A program made the translations under genes and the position numbers. From positions 82,595 to 146,594 of the forward strand of contig CACLCM010000001.1 of the NCBI GenBank assembly GCA_902605365.1: a stretch of 64,000 nt of DNA, read 5' to 3'. This DNA comes from an uncultured Candidatus Poseidoniales archaeon (GTDB lineage Archaea > Thermoplasmatota > Poseidoniia > Poseidoniales > Poseidoniaceae). This document shows, one piece after another, positions 48,501 through 59,684 of the stretch (position 1 is the stretch's first letter; each line of letters starts with the position of its first letter). Below the pieces are notes generated by a model. That model had not been told where the DNA came from, did not search any database, and worked only from the letters and a program-made list of their open reading frames with translations.

Positions 48501-49571
48501 ATGGCCGATGAGTCAATTGCCCAAGCATGGAAAGAAGCAGAAGCTCTACTTGGTAAGGGTAAAACCAATGGTGCACTAGATCTTTTACGAAAGGCAGACC
48601 CAGATGGTAAAGAGGCAACTACGCTCCGTTTAGCAGGCCAAGCTGTGTATCTTCAAGCTGGTAAAAGTAATTCAAAATCTGATTACCGTAAGGCTGCAAA
48701 ATTACTTAGAGATTCAGTGAGTCTTAACCCTAGAGATAAGCAATCGAGCGCTCTTTACAATCAAATCCGCAATGAAATGCAAGATAAGCACATTTCTGAA
48801 ACATTGATTCCTCGTATGATGAATAACGGAACTCCAACTCCAGCTGGAATATTCGCCGTAGTTGTATCACTATTGCTAATTCTGGCCGCATTACAATTTG
48901 TAACCGGTAGTGACGAGTTTGAGGACGGAGAAGCAGTAATGACAATTTCCTGGACAAATAGCGTTGGCGAGGTACAAGTCGAGGAGATTACGATAGCCTT
49001 GCATCGTGCTGAGGCACCTATCCATGTTGAGAATTTTATCTTACTATCCAATTCGGGTAAGTACGACGATGTCTTGTTCCACAGAGTTATCGATGGATTC
49101 ATGATTCAAGGTGGCGACTTTGAGATGAATAGCGGTTCTGGTGGCTATACTGCTAAGTGGTATGGGTATTGTAACGGCCAGACTACGGATTCTTCAGGAG
49201 CAGATTACACTGCGGAAACATGTCAAATCAATCAGTGGTCACTTCCAGGTGAGCATGAAAATGGTCTCAAGCACAAGGGTGGATCTCTTGCTGCTGCACA
49301 TGCAGGATTGAATACAGATGGTTCTCAATTCTATATCGTGCCTAGTGATTCTGCTCCAACTTGGTTGGATTGGAATGAAGGCAAAGACTGTTCTCAAGAG
49401 TCTTGTCACACTGTATACGGGACAGTAACTGACGGCTTGGAATACATTGATGCGATTTCAAATGTTCAAACTAGTCAAGGTGACAAGCCAGTAGATGATG
49501 TAACACTTGTATCCGTTGAGATTACCGATGAGGGAATCGTCGATGACAAGCCATGGTACCAATTCTGGTGA
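48501..49571 (+). CDS. TPR-like + TM + cyclophilin-type peptidyl-prolyl isomerase
   Basis: AP.HVENF..L...GKYD..LFHRVIDGFMIQGGD, GSQFYI, HTVYG.V.DG; helical N-terminus and one TM. Confidence 0.85.
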   Translation: MADESIAQAWKEAEALLGKGKTNGALDLLRKADPDGKEATTLRLAGQAVYLQAGKSNSKSDYRKAAKLLRDSVSLNPRDKQSSALYNQIRNEMQDKHISETLIPRMMNNGTPTPAGIFAVVVSLLLILAALQFVTGSDEFEDGEAVMTISWTNSVGEVQVEEITIALHRAEAPIHVENFILLSNSGKYDDVLFHRVIDGFMIQGGDFEMNSGSGGYTAKWYGYCNGQTTDSSGADYTAETCQINQWSLPGEHENGLKHKGGSLAAAHAGLNTDGSQFYIVPSDSAPTWLDWNEGKDCSQESCHTVYGTVTDGLEYIDAISNVQTSQGDKPVDDVTLVSVEITDEGIVDDKPWYQFW

Positions 49572-49621
49572 TTTGTTCTTTCTAGGCACATTGATATGAT
49601 TCGGCCTACCGCTGTCGCTCT

Positions 49622-52276
49622 ATGAGCGACTCGGGGCCCTTCTCTTCGAAGAGAGATTTCCCATTAGGTGGGATATATCATGCCCTAGATTCTTTAGATG
49701 AATCTGGACTCGATACCTCTTCGCTACCTTACTCGATTAGAGTTCTCCTAGAAGGTGCACTGAGGAATTGCGACGGCTTCTTAATCACCGAAAAAGATGT
49801 TCGTAATATCGCAGATTGGAAGGCGAATGGGGAACGTGGAGAAATACCTTTCAGGCCTTCAAGAGTAATCCTTCAAGATTTTACTGGCGTTCCGGCGGTA
49901 GTAGATTTAGCAGCATTGAGAGATGCGATGGTCGAGATGGGTGGAGACCCAGAAAAGGTAAATCCACAGGTGCCAGTAGACTTGGTGATAGACCATTCTG
50001 TGCAGGTAGATGTTTCAGGTTCTAACACACAAGCTCTTGAATTAAATTTGGATATTGAATATCATCGAAATATGGAGAGATATACCTTCCTAAAATGGGG
50101 TCAACAATCACTAGAAAACTTTCGTGCAGTTCCACCCTCAAGAGGTATTGTTCATCAAGTAAATCTTGAATGGATAGCAACGGTTGCTCGCCAAGAAAAT
50201 GGTGTATGGTTGCCTGATTCATTAGTGGGTACAGATTCACACACTACAATGATCAACGGACTTGGAGTCCTTGGCTGGGGAGTGGGTGGAATCGAGGCTG
50301 AAGCGGTTATGCTTGGACAGCCGATTTACATGCTCTCTCCAGATGTTGTAGGTTTCAGACTTAATGGAGCATTGAACTCGGGAGTTACTGCTACAGATAT
50401 GACTTTGAGAATCGTTGAGATGTTGCGTGAGCATGGAGTTGTTGGTAAATTCGTTGAATTCTTCGGGCAAGGAATGGCGGCACTATCGCTTCCTGACCGC
50501 GCAACTATTGCTAATATGGCACCTGAATACGGTGCAACGTGTGGTTTCTTCCCCGTTGATGATAACACCCTTGAATACATGCGATTATCTGGTCGAGATG
50601 ATGATGATGTAGCGAGTGTTGAAGCCTACTGCAAAGCCCAAGGGCTGTGGTATGATTCATCCTCTCCAGAAAAGAGTTACACCGCAGTTTTAGAACTCGA
50701 CCTTTCAACAGTTCAACCCGCTTTAGCCGGTCCAAAAAGACCTCAAGACAGGGTCGATTTGTCTAATATGGCACAACATTTCAAAGAATCTCTAACCCAT
50801 GAAGTAGGGCATAGCGGTCACGGTTTATCCGAATCTGATTTATCCAAATCTGCCCTAGTTGGTGATGAATACGACTTGAATCACGGCGATGTTGTAATTG
50901 CGGCAATTACCTCTTGTACCAATACTTCCAATCCAGGTGTAATGTTGGCTGCTGGATTATTGGCTCGTAATGCTAGAGAACTTGGGCTATCGGTCAAACC
51001 ATGGGTAAAGACATCATTAGCTCCTGGTTCCAGAGTAGTTACTGATTATTATGAGGCTAATGGATTAGATGAAGACCTTGCAGCATTAGGCTTCAACAAT
51101 GTTGGATATGGTTGTACTACATGTATTGGTAATTCAGGACCACTTCCAGAAGAAATAGAGGCTGCTATCGATGAGTCAGGACTTATCGTAGGTTCTGTCA
51201 TCTCTGGTAACCGTAACTTCGAGGGCAGAGTCCATCAGAAAGTCAAGGCTTCATATCTATCAAGTCCGCCATTGGTTGTAGCATATGCATTAGCAGGTAG
51301 TTTGAACGTTGATTTAGTAACTGAACCTTTAGGAATCTCTACCGATGGTAATCCAGTAATGCTTGATGATGTATGGCCTAGTGATGAGCAATTATCGGCT
51401 GCTTTGTCTAAAATAAATCCTGAAATGTTCCGTGAGAAATATTCCACAGTTATGCAAGAGCCAAGGTGGGATTCAATTCCTAGCGAAGCATCACCGCTAT
51501 ACCCATGGCAAGAAGATTCAACATACATTCGACTACCAAGTTTCTTCCAAGGCTTGTCAAAAGAGGCCGATCCAATTCAACCTATTGTTGGAGCAAAGGT
51601 CTTACTGAAATTAGGAGATTCAATCACAACTGACCACATCTCCCCTGCTGGAGCATTCCCCGCTGAGGGTCCAGCTGGTAAATGGCTGATAGAAAGAGGG
51701 GTCAATAAAGGAGATTTCAACTCATTTGGAAGTCGCCGTGGTAATCATGAAATCATGATGCGTGGGACTTTTGCAAATGTTAGAGTGAAAAATCAAATGG
51801 CGCCTGGAACAGAAGGAGGATATGCACTAAACCATGAAACTGGTGAAATAACCTCTGTGTTTGAAGCCGCTATGGCTAGCGATACTCCAATGGTGGTTTT
51901 GGCTGGCTCTCAATATGGAACTGGCAGTAGTAGAGATTGGGCTGCAAAAGGAACTTATTTGTTGGGTGTAAAAGCCGTAATAGCAACTTCCTTTGAGAGA
52001 ATCCATCGTTCTAATTTGGTTGGAATGGGTGTTTTACCATTGACTTTCAAGGAGGGCGAGAGTGCAGATACTTTGGGATTAGATGGCACTGAGTCATTCG
52101 ATATCCCGGTTATGGATGATGTCGAGGCACTCCAAGAATTGACAGTTACTGCCAACAAATCAGATGGTAGTACCGTGATATTTACTACTGATGTGAGACT
52201 AGATACTCCTGTTGAAGTTGACTATTATCGCAACGGTGGTATACTGCATACAGTTCTAAGAAAACTAGCATTGTGA
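49622..52276 (+). CDS. acnA: aconitate hydratase A
   Basis: QDFTGVPA, DHSVQVD, DSHT, SCTNTSNP, GCTTCIGNSG, TTDHISPAG, GSSRDWAAKG. Confidence 0.97.
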   Translation: MSDSGPFSSKRDFPLGGIYHALDSLDESGLDTSSLPYSIRVLLEGALRNCDGFLITEKDVRNIADWKANGERGEIPFRPSRVILQDFTGVPAVVDLAALRDAMVEMGGDPEKVNPQVPVDLVIDHSVQVDVSGSNTQALELNLDIEYHRNMERYTFLKWGQQSLENFRAVPPSRGIVHQVNLEWIATVARQENGVWLPDSLVGTDSHTTMINGLGVLGWGVGGIEAEAVMLGQPIYMLSPDVVGFRLNGALNSGVTATDMTLRIVEMLREHGVVGKFVEFFGQGMAALSLPDRATIANMAPEYGATCGFFPVDDNTLEYMRLSGRDDDDVASVEAYCKAQGLWYDSSSPEKSYTAVLELDLSTVQPALAGPKRPQDRVDLSNMAQHFKESLTHEVGHSGHGLSESDLSKSALVGDEYDLNHGDVVIAAITSCTNTSNPGVMLAAGLLARNARELGLSVKPWVKTSLAPGSRVVTDYYEANGLDEDLAALGFNNVGYGCTTCIGNSGPLPEEIEAAIDESGLIVGSVISGNRNFEGRVHQKVKASYLSSPPLVVAYALAGSLNVDLVTEPLGISTDGNPVMLDDVWPSDEQLSAALSKINPEMFREKYSTVMQEPRWDSIPSEASPLYPWQEDSTYIRLPSFFQGLSKEADPIQPIVGAKVLLKLGDSITTDHISPAGAFPAEGPAGKWLIERGVNKGDFNSFGSRRGNHEIMMRGTFANVRVKNQMAPGTEGGYALNHETGEITSVFEAAMASDTPMVVLAGSQYGTGSSRDWAAKGTYLLGVKAVIATSFERIHRSNLVGMGVLPLTFKEGESADTLGLDGTESFDIPVMDDVEALQELTVTANKSDGSTVIFTTDVRLDTPVEVDYYRNGGILHTVLRKLAL

Positions 52277-52316
52277 GACCGGTGGGTTGATTTCCCCTCG
52301 CCCTTAGGGAGGCCAC

Positions 52317-52964
52317 ATGCAGGAGTTGAAGGGATACGTTCGCTACCGCTTCCGCAGTGAAGAGGAAGACATAGATGTCTTACTCGAAGGTGAGGCGGAT
52401 TGGGTTCGTGGCATTGTTGCTGAACTGGGCTTGAGAAAAGTTGGCTGGATGATGCCAATGGCTGTTGATAGCACAAAAATGACCTCTTCTGGAATTTCTA
52501 ATCAAGACACACATCTACCTTCTGGTAAACCAAAAGACATGGGTCCTGAACCCGATCCATCTCGAATACCAATCATTAGAAGGCCAATCGGTGAACTGAA
52601 TTTAGTTGCAAAACTTGTTGAGGCTGGTTTGGAAAAGCCGCAAAGGCCCACTTCTGACGAATTAAGGTTGCAACTCGAAGATATCGAGGAGCCACATCCG
52701 GCTCAGGGACCTATGGTCGTAGACCCTATGGCCGAATCTTGGTTGAAGGAATTGCTCAGAATAGTGGTCAGAGCCCATGGTGTCACGGCGATTTCTACCG
52801 AAACTATCGCTTTGGCTGCAAGTGATTATCTTGGAGATAGAGAAGGTCTCGAACTCGAACTATTCCTAGAATCTATGTTCAGGGCAGGTAAAATTGTCAA
52901 GGTCCACGGAGGAGATGCGACCGGTTGGGGTCCATCTCCGGCATGGTTATCTTCTGGATTGTGA
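52317..52964 (+). CDS. hypothetical protein, possible C-terminal winged helix
   Basis: 215-aa ORF filling the gap; C-terminal helix-helix-hairpin pattern. Confidence 0.6.
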   Translation: MQELKGYVRYRFRSEEEDIDVLLEGEADWVRGIVAELGLRKVGWMMPMAVDSTKMTSSGISNQDTHLPSGKPKDMGPEPDPSRIPIIRRPIGELNLVAKLVEAGLEKPQRPTSDELRLQLEDIEEPHPAQGPMVVDPMAESWLKELLRIVVRAHGVTAISTETIALAASDYLGDREGLELELFLESMFRAGKIVKVHGGDATGWGPSPAWLSSGL

Positions 52965-53106
52965 ATATTTAGTCCAATATTCGATATTGGCGCTAATCGT
53001 TATACTAAGCGCCAGTTTATTTTAATTTCAAAACACACCTTCCCAAAGCAATTAAAGTGGTAGTTGAAGTCCGAAGAGACGAGTGATGATGATGTTTTTG
53101 AAGACT

Positions 53107-56100
53107 ATGAATAACGACGGGCGTGCAAGAGCAATTTTGCTAGTCCTGATAATGTTACTTTCAACAACTGCCGCGAACCTAGTTTCTGCTTCGACTTCTC
53201 GTACCTATACGACTGATACAGACCCTGTTGATGTTGCATTGGGAGATTTCGATTGTGACGGAGACTTGGACATCGTAACAGCAAACGACAGAAGTACCAG
53301 AATTTCGGTTTTGTGGAATGAAAATGGACATTTCCAGAAGCGCACAGATATCTGGACTTCCGCTAACCCGAACCAAGATGCTGATTTCGAAGATCACTCA
53401 AACACTCAGCAGGTTGAAGTCGGTGAATTCACCGGTGACGACGCTATAGATATCGTAATCTATGCACGTAACAGGCCTCTACGCCAAGATGCAACAGGTG
53501 CGATTGTAGTCGATAAACCAGGTAACGTTACCATCGTTGAAAATGACGGCTGTAGCGTTGACACATTCACGATCAGACAACAATTCGATGTTGTTTGGAT
53601 GTGGGACCTTGCAGTAGCTGATTTGGACCAAGATGGCAACGACGATATCGTCACTCTAGAGTTGTTAGCTGACTTGAAGAATCAGCGTGTTGTCACATAC
53701 CGTGGACCAATCACTTCAAGCACTCAAGGACAAATCACAAGTCTAGGAGATTCTACTCAGAATGCATACAGGGAACTGGAATTAGGTGATTGGGGAGAAC
53801 CTAGTCAGACCAATCCGGTAAGCGGAAGTTGTGATGACAATGACCTTTGGTTAGTTCGCTCAGAAGGTGTAGATTACCTGACCGGCGCGGCAACTAATCC
53901 TGGTAAGTCTGACAACGTTACAGTAGTCGAATTTAATTGTCTTACCAACACTTTCCCTGCTACGATAACATGGAGTTCAACCGGAAGTGCAGGATTACAC
54001 GTTCATGCTTTAGGACCTGAATTTGGTGGTTTCGATATTGCAGACTTAGACAATGATGGAATCATCGACGTAGTTGCAATCAACGATGCAAATACTGAAA
54101 ACGTAACCTATGCAACAATTACGCAATCAACACACACCTACTCTCCTTCAAAGACAGTGTATTTCGGGCCATATATCGCTTGGGAAGTTACTGTTGGTGA
54201 ATTGAACGGTGACGGTGAACCGGATTTCGTTCATGCTGCTAAGTTCAAGCAATCCAACGCAACATCCTCTACAGGAGATACGACTACCAATTACTATCTG
54301 AACTTACCAACAAGCGTACAGGTTACTCTTTCAAACGGTAACGGTGGACATATGAATCCTCTAGAGTACTTTGGTGCAATGAGGCCAACCACTGTTGCAA
54401 TTGGGCAGGTTATTGGCGGGGCTAACAGTGCACCTGACTTGATTGTCGGTCACGGATCATACGACCAATTCACCTATGACGATAACTTTGGCTGGGATGG
54501 CTCATACGACCGAATCGTAGTTATCGAGATGGATAACAAAGACTTGGCGGTTTCAAATATCGATATTTCACCAACCGACGCATATGTTGGACTACTTGGA
54601 GAAGGTACTCGTGAAGTCGAAGTAACAGTAACCAATACTGGAATGGATATCCTAAACGGACAGGCTACTCTTGACGTTGAAATCAAGGAAGTAGACGAAG
54701 CAGCATCTAGCAATGTCACAGTTTATGCTATGGATTGGGATAACCCTGAGGACAAATCTGGGTGTGGCACAGGGTGTGGATGGACTACTGAAGCGTATTA
54801 TGGTGTAAGCCACTGGCACGAAGAAGTCGCTGCTAACAGTTCTGTTGGCCACACTTCTGGTAACAATGCCCCCGCACAGTCTGCTAACGCAAACAACCCA
54901 ACCGATTTCATGTGGTCTGGTGTCATGAAGACCAACTCAAGTGGAGACACTTGGTCCGGATATGAACCAAACTGGGATGAAGGACTAGTTCTGAATGACG
55001 TAGATTTGACAGGTGCAGACCGTGCTTGGATGAGTATTGAGATGTTCAGGCATCTCGGTCTAGCAGATCTTTACACTCAAGACACCAATGGATACGTTCT
55101 AGCTGAAGTTTGGGATGATGCAGCAATTATCGAAGTTTTCTCTGATGATGAAGGATGGGTAACCATCGCATGCCCAACAAGTGCTTACTTCGCAAACCAG
55201 TGTGCCTCGGGAGAGAGTTACTGGGGTGGCTATGACCAAGGAAGAGTTGAGAGTGAACAGAACACTGGCCTAGACGCTGCTATCTTCCGATATGGTGGAG
55301 CAATACCTGGTACACAATACGGCTGGGGTAACTTTACCGAAGATGACCTTGGTGCATTCGAACTATCTAGTTTCGCAGGAGACATAATCGATATTAGATT
55401 CCGCTTCAAGTCTGGATGGGAAGGTTCCTTAGGAACTAACGAATCTACTTGGTCTGGAAGAGATGGTTTCGCTATCGATAACGTAACAATCTGGAAACAG
55501 AATACAGCGTTCACATCAAATGTCCAAAATCAACAGTCAACTATCAATATGAACAACTTGGCTCCTAACGAGGACTACACTACTGCAATTACTGCTGATT
55601 TCATTAATGGAACAACATATCGCATATCTGCAGTCTTGAATTATGCACAAGATGAACAGCCAGCTAACGACGACATTGTTGGTTACATTACAGCATTCAA
55701 TATCTTTGACCCTGCTGTTATGAAGATAGATTCGTTTAATCCTGGTGGATTATATGCAGAAGGTAACTTCCCAATCGAAGTAATGGTTGAGCATCTTGGT
55801 AATACAAATGTCACATTCGACCTTGAAGCCAAGGTCTACAGTGCACTACCTACCGATGTATACTGCGGTTCCCCACTAGTCGTTTGTGAAGAAGGATTCG
55901 AAGGCGGCTCGTCTGGATTTAGATACACCGATGACAACAATGCAAACGGTGGAATTCTTGATGATTCAACTTGCGCTGAGAAGATTTTCGGTTCTCACGC
56001 ATACTGGTTCGGACACCCATGTAACACAGCAAACAGTTTCGGAGATGTGTGGGAGAATGAAACACTAACAATACCTGGTATCGATTTGACCAACATGTCT

Positions 56101-59100
56101 GGAGATTATGTTGCATTGAACTTCGAGTACTTTGCAGAGACATGGTTCGAAATCCAGCAATCTGGAGCAACTTCCTCTGTAAATGATTACGCAGCATTAA
56201 CCGCTGATTGGAACGTTGGAGGAACAGATTACGAAGGTGTAATCTACGGACAATGGATCGATTACAACGAAGATGGATTCTGTATCGTAGACGAAGATGG
56301 AAACGGTTTCATCGACCCTGTAAACGAGACAACGCTCGATAATACTGAGATTGATTACATCGGTGACCCATCTAACGTCAATGGTGGAGCAGGTTCTTAC
56401 AACGTGTTCTTCAACAGTGACGGATTGGTACAAAGCAGAAGTATTGACCTTACTCACTTGTATGTAGTCAATACAACCTCTCCAGATTCGAACTTGTGGA
56501 CCGATGAATGTATCAGTCTTGCAGGATCAGTCGTCGATTTGAATTTCGAATTCCAATCCAACGACGATGGACACAATGGTCAAAATGACGGTGTTCGTGG
56601 AGTTGCTTTCGATAACATCTCTCTTGAGGAGTTCACATTCAGCCAGGATGCATCTTACTCTACAACTGTAATTGACCTAGATGCTGAAGAGAACAGAACC
56701 ATTGCAATCTCAAACCATGACTTCGTATCTGGAGTTTACAAGATTGAGGTTGAATCAATATTCGACAACACAACCCAAGGAACAGCTTGGTACGGATTCG
56801 AAGAGATTTCCCTTGCTAACAACTTAGGCAGAGTGATCTTCTCAGTTGAGAGTGTAGATATCACCTTAGGAAAGCCAGATCAGATATCCTGTCTGTCAGA
56901 TGTTATCCTAGATTGTCACTTGCCAATTGATAGCGCCAAGATGCATGACTGGTCTCTATCTGCAACAAATGGTGTACTTCAAGGAGATTATACATTCCAT
57001 ATGACAGTAGTCGATGAAGCGGATGGCAGTACAGTTCACTCTACTACTGCAGGACCAAGTCAGACTCTATCTGCTCACGAGAGAACTTCGGTTTCCTTCA
57101 CTCCATGGAACGGTTGGATGGATGGTCATTCCTACAACATTAGTTACCATGCAACTTTACCTGACGGTAGTACTTCTGGAAATGTACGCTACTTCCATGC
57201 ATCATTCGCAGACCAAATCGATGTAGCAATTCTTTCGGGAGATTCTACTAGAGTCTCTGCAATTAAGGAAGACTTAGTTCTGCTTGGAATGTCATACACA
57301 CAGTATGATATCCTCGACTGGGATGATTATCTAGACCTTGGATGGATGACTCACTATGACAAGATAATCATGCCATGGCAAGATGTGAATATCGCTAAGC
57401 CTAGTGAAGAAGGCGGTAAAGGATACTTCGAGATAATTGGAAGCTCCTCAAACCAAAATGTGTTGAAGAATTTCATGTCGTCTGGTGGTACAGTACAAGT
57501 TCACTTGTCTGGTGCTACAGATTACTATGATTACTCATCGTCTACAGGAGAGAGCCTACTACCATTCGATATGGATATTCAGCCTCGTAACACTCCTGAA
57601 ACTCGAGTTACTTACAACAACATGGAAGTTGCTGACCCTTACCACCCAATTCTCGATGGTGTAGACTTAGCAGCCTTCCAAGGATTCGACCAATTCGGAA
57701 CAGTTACTGAAGCGATAATCAATACCAAGAGCGCTTCTGCAACTTCGATTCCACGTGCTTGTGGAGACTACTCTGAGGAAGGAGGTTCTTTCCAGCGACT
57801 ATTACAATCAGAAGCAGATTCTCAGGACACTGTTCTGGGAGTATGTAGCTATGTTGACGGTGGATTAATCGTTACTACAATCGATGTATCTAGCGTTTCC
57901 GATAGAGCAGATAGTACTACATTCCCACTATTGGGTAACATGCTATCCTACCACGTATCACCTTATCCAAATGGATTTGGAACACTTGGTAATGGTCTTG
58001 ATTTGACTATAAATGGCGAAGTACCATCTTTCGATCCATCTACAGGAGGATATGCTTACCATTACATGAAGAGTGACTCAGAAATCACATTTGGTCACAC
58101 TACCAGTACTTCTGAAGTGCTATCGACAGATTGGGTAATGAGCGGTCCTACCGATTGGGAAGGATCCTCAATGGCTAGTGGAAGCGACCACACAGATGTT
58201 GCAAACCCAACAGTCAATTTCTGTAAGGTAGACTTGTCATCCGCAACCGGATGTCTTCAAGGAGCAACATGGGAAGTCACTCTTTACCTGCATGACGATG
58301 CTGGACACTCACGTTCCATCAGTGTCACAGTAATGACCGATGATACTCGAGCAGACGAATTCCGTCCTGATGCTGATGCAATAATCGATATGCGGGAAGA
58401 ATACGCTGACCAAATAGAGGACCGTGGAGTCAAATCTGTATCCGGAATAGACTGGCCTCTAAAGAGAATCAACCTGGATGAATCAGGCTCTCTAACAGTA
58501 CATTTCGATGCAGGAAACTCTTCAGATGCTGATGCATTAACCGGTAACGGAATTGAAACCTATGAGTGGACTGTACTGTTCGACAAGCCTTACGATGAAG
58601 ATAATTACAAGTTGGAAGGGCACAATTTCATCACACCATCATCTAGTGATGGAGCTTGGGCTTACACATTCAGTAACGTTACTGTTGACCCAAGTGGACA
58701 AACAGAGTCTCTGATTCGTATCGAACTTGTAGTCTATGATCAGGCTGGAAAGAGTTCTGACAAGTACAAGATGTACTTCTCAGTAGTTCCTGAAGGATTC
58801 GGAGATGCAGAACCTACTGTACAAATCGACTTATCGATGAATGGCACAAAGGTTGTTGGTGATACAATCACTCTAACCGGAAACGTTGTTGATGGTGCAG
58901 AACAAGGCGATGTCTATGTTGAAGCAGCACTATTGGACACTACGTTCGATGAAACTGCAGTCGCAAAGTACACCCTACAACTAGAGGGCAAGTGGGCTAA
59001 ATCCCCTGCTCTTGGTGATGGAGATGGATTCGAATTAACTTTGAACATCGAAGAATTATTCGATAACATAACCAAGCAAGAGCGTGTATACCTGAAGGTG

Positions 59101-59598
59101 TATGAAGGAGATGACAAGCGTTGGCCTATCATCTACTACATTGAAATCACTCTACCTGAATGTCAGGGTCTAACAGTTCCTGTTGAAGTTCTTGACGCAG
59201 AGCCAGATGCATACTGGATTTGGGAGAATGAAGAGTGTGTATGGTCTGGAGATTACACTGACTCCGATGGAGATGGTGCACCTGACAAAGCCCCTGTTAC
59301 CGAAGGAGCAGAATCAGAAGATGACAATCTGATGCTGTATCTAGGAGGAGGAATCGGTCTTCTCATGATTGTTATACTGTCCTTATTCTTTGTACTTCGT
59401 GGAAACGACGAAGAAGATGTAATGGGCGATTCCCAGATGAGTGGAGACTTCTCTGCAACAGCTGCAGGATATGGCGGAGTTGCACAAATGGATCCAATGG
59501 AGCAATATGTTCAACAATTGATTGCTCAAGGATATCCAGAGGAAACAGCCAGGACATATGCTCAGCAATACGCTGGTCACTTCCAACAACAGCAATAG
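53107..59598 (+). CDS. giant surface protein: FG-GAP propeller, jelly-roll (MAM/choice-of-anchor J-like) and Ig/PKD domains, C-terminal TM
   Basis: Signal peptide; GDFDCDGDLD, ADLDQDG.DD, DLDNDG..D loops; IRFRF.S...GFAIDNV and GVAFDNI jelly-roll ends; FDAGNSSD.D PKD-like; TM and cytoplasmic tail. Confidence 0.8.
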   Translation: MNNDGRARAILLVLIMLLSTTAANLVSASTSRTYTTDTDPVDVALGDFDCDGDLDIVTANDRSTRISVLWNENGHFQKRTDIWTSANPNQDADFEDHSNTQQVEVGEFTGDDAIDIVIYARNRPLRQDATGAIVVDKPGNVTIVENDGCSVDTFTIRQQFDVVWMWDLAVADLDQDGNDDIVTLELLADLKNQRVVTYRGPITSSTQGQITSLGDSTQNAYRELELGDWGEPSQTNPVSGSCDDNDLWLVRSEGVDYLTGAATNPGKSDNVTVVEFNCLTNTFPATITWSSTGSAGLHVHALGPEFGGFDIADLDNDGIIDVVAINDANTENVTYATITQSTHTYSPSKTVYFGPYIAWEVTVGELNGDGEPDFVHAAKFKQSNATSSTGDTTTNYYLNLPTSVQVTLSNGNGGHMNPLEYFGAMRPTTVAIGQVIGGANSAPDLIVGHGSYDQFTYDDNFGWDGSYDRIVVIEMDNKDLAVSNIDISPTDAYVGLLGEGTREVEVTVTNTGMDILNGQATLDVEIKEVDEAASSNVTVYAMDWDNPEDKSGCGTGCGWTTEAYYGVSHWHEEVAANSSVGHTSGNNAPAQSANANNPTDFMWSGVMKTNSSGDTWSGYEPNWDEGLVLNDVDLTGADRAWMSIEMFRHLGLADLYTQDTNGYVLAEVWDDAAIIEVFSDDEGWVTIACPTSAYFANQCASGESYWGGYDQGRVESEQNTGLDAAIFRYGGAIPGTQYGWGNFTEDDLGAFELSSFAGDIIDIRFRFKSGWEGSLGTNESTWSGRDGFAIDNVTIWKQNTAFTSNVQNQQSTINMNNLAPNEDYTTAITADFINGTTYRISAVLNYAQDEQPANDDIVGYITAFNIFDPAVMKIDSFNPGGLYAEGNFPIEVMVEHLGNTNVTFDLEAKVYSALPTDVYCGSPLVVCEEGFEGGSSGFRYTDDNNANGGILDDSTCAEKIFGSHAYWFGHPCNTANSFGDVWENETLTIPGIDLTNMSGDYVALNFEYFAETWFEIQQSGATSSVNDYAALTADWNVGGTDYEGVIYGQWIDYNEDGFCIVDEDGNGFIDPVNETTLDNTEIDYIGDPSNVNGGAGSYNVFFNSDGLVQSRSIDLTHLYVVNTTSPDSNLWTDECISLAGSVVDLNFEFQSNDDGHNGQNDGVRGVAFDNISLEEFTFSQDASYSTTVIDLDAEENRTIAISNHDFVSGVYKIEVESIFDNTTQGTAWYGFEEISLANNLGRVIFSVESVDITLGKPDQISCLSDVILDCHLPIDSAKMHDWSLSATNGVLQGDYTFHMTVVDEADGSTVHSTTAGPSQTLSAHERTSVSFTPWNGWMDGHSYNISYHATLPDGSTSGNVRYFHASFADQIDVAILSGDSTRVSAIKEDLVLLGMSYTQYDILDWDDYLDLGWMTHYDKIIMPWQDVNIAKPSEEGGKGYFEIIGSSSNQNVLKNFMSSGGTVQVHLSGATDYYDYSSSTGESLLPFDMDIQPRNTPETRVTYNNMEVADPYHPILDGVDLAAFQGFDQFGTVTEAIINTKSASATSIPRACGDYSEEGGSFQRLLQSEADSQDTVLGVCSYVDGGLIVTTIDVSSVSDRADSTTFPLLGNMLSYHVSPYPNGFGTLGNGLDLTINGEVPSFDPSTGGYAYHYMKSDSEITFGHTTSTSEVLSTDWVMSGPTDWEGSSMASGSDHTDVANPTVNFCKVDLSSATGCLQGATWEVTLYLHDDAGHSRSISVTVMTDDTRADEFRPDADAIIDMREEYADQIEDRGVKSVSGIDWPLKRINLDESGSLTVHFDAGNSSDADALTGNGIETYEWTVLFDKPYDEDNYKLEGHNFITPSSSDGAWAYTFSNVTVDPSGQTESLIRIELVVYDQAGKSSDKYKMYFSVVPEGFGDAEPTVQIDLSMNGTKVVGDTITLTGNVVDGAEQGDVYVEAALLDTTFDETAVAKYTLQLEGKWAKSPALGDGDGFELTLNIEELFDNITKQERVYLKVYEGDDKRWPIIYYIEITLPECQGLTVPVEVLDAEPDAYWIWENEECVWSGDYTDSDGDGAPDKAPVTEGAESEDDNLMLYLGGGIGLLMIVILSLFFVLRGNDEEDVMGDSQMSGDFSATAAGYGGVAQMDPMEQYVQQLIAQGYPEETARTYAQQYAGHFQQQQ

Positions 59599-59614
59599 CA
59601 AGCATAGTTGGATA

Positions 59615-59640
59615 GGCTCTGCCCTCTCAAGGGCAGGGTC
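59615..59640 (+). terminator. GC-rich hairpin after the giant surface-protein gene
   Basis: GGCTCTGCCCT-CTCA-AGGGCAGGGTC, 11-bp stem with G-U pairs; no U-tract. Confidence 0.4.
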
Positions 59641-59684
59641 CTGTGACCGATTGACATATGAGGTGCGCTCGCTCGCCTCAGTCC

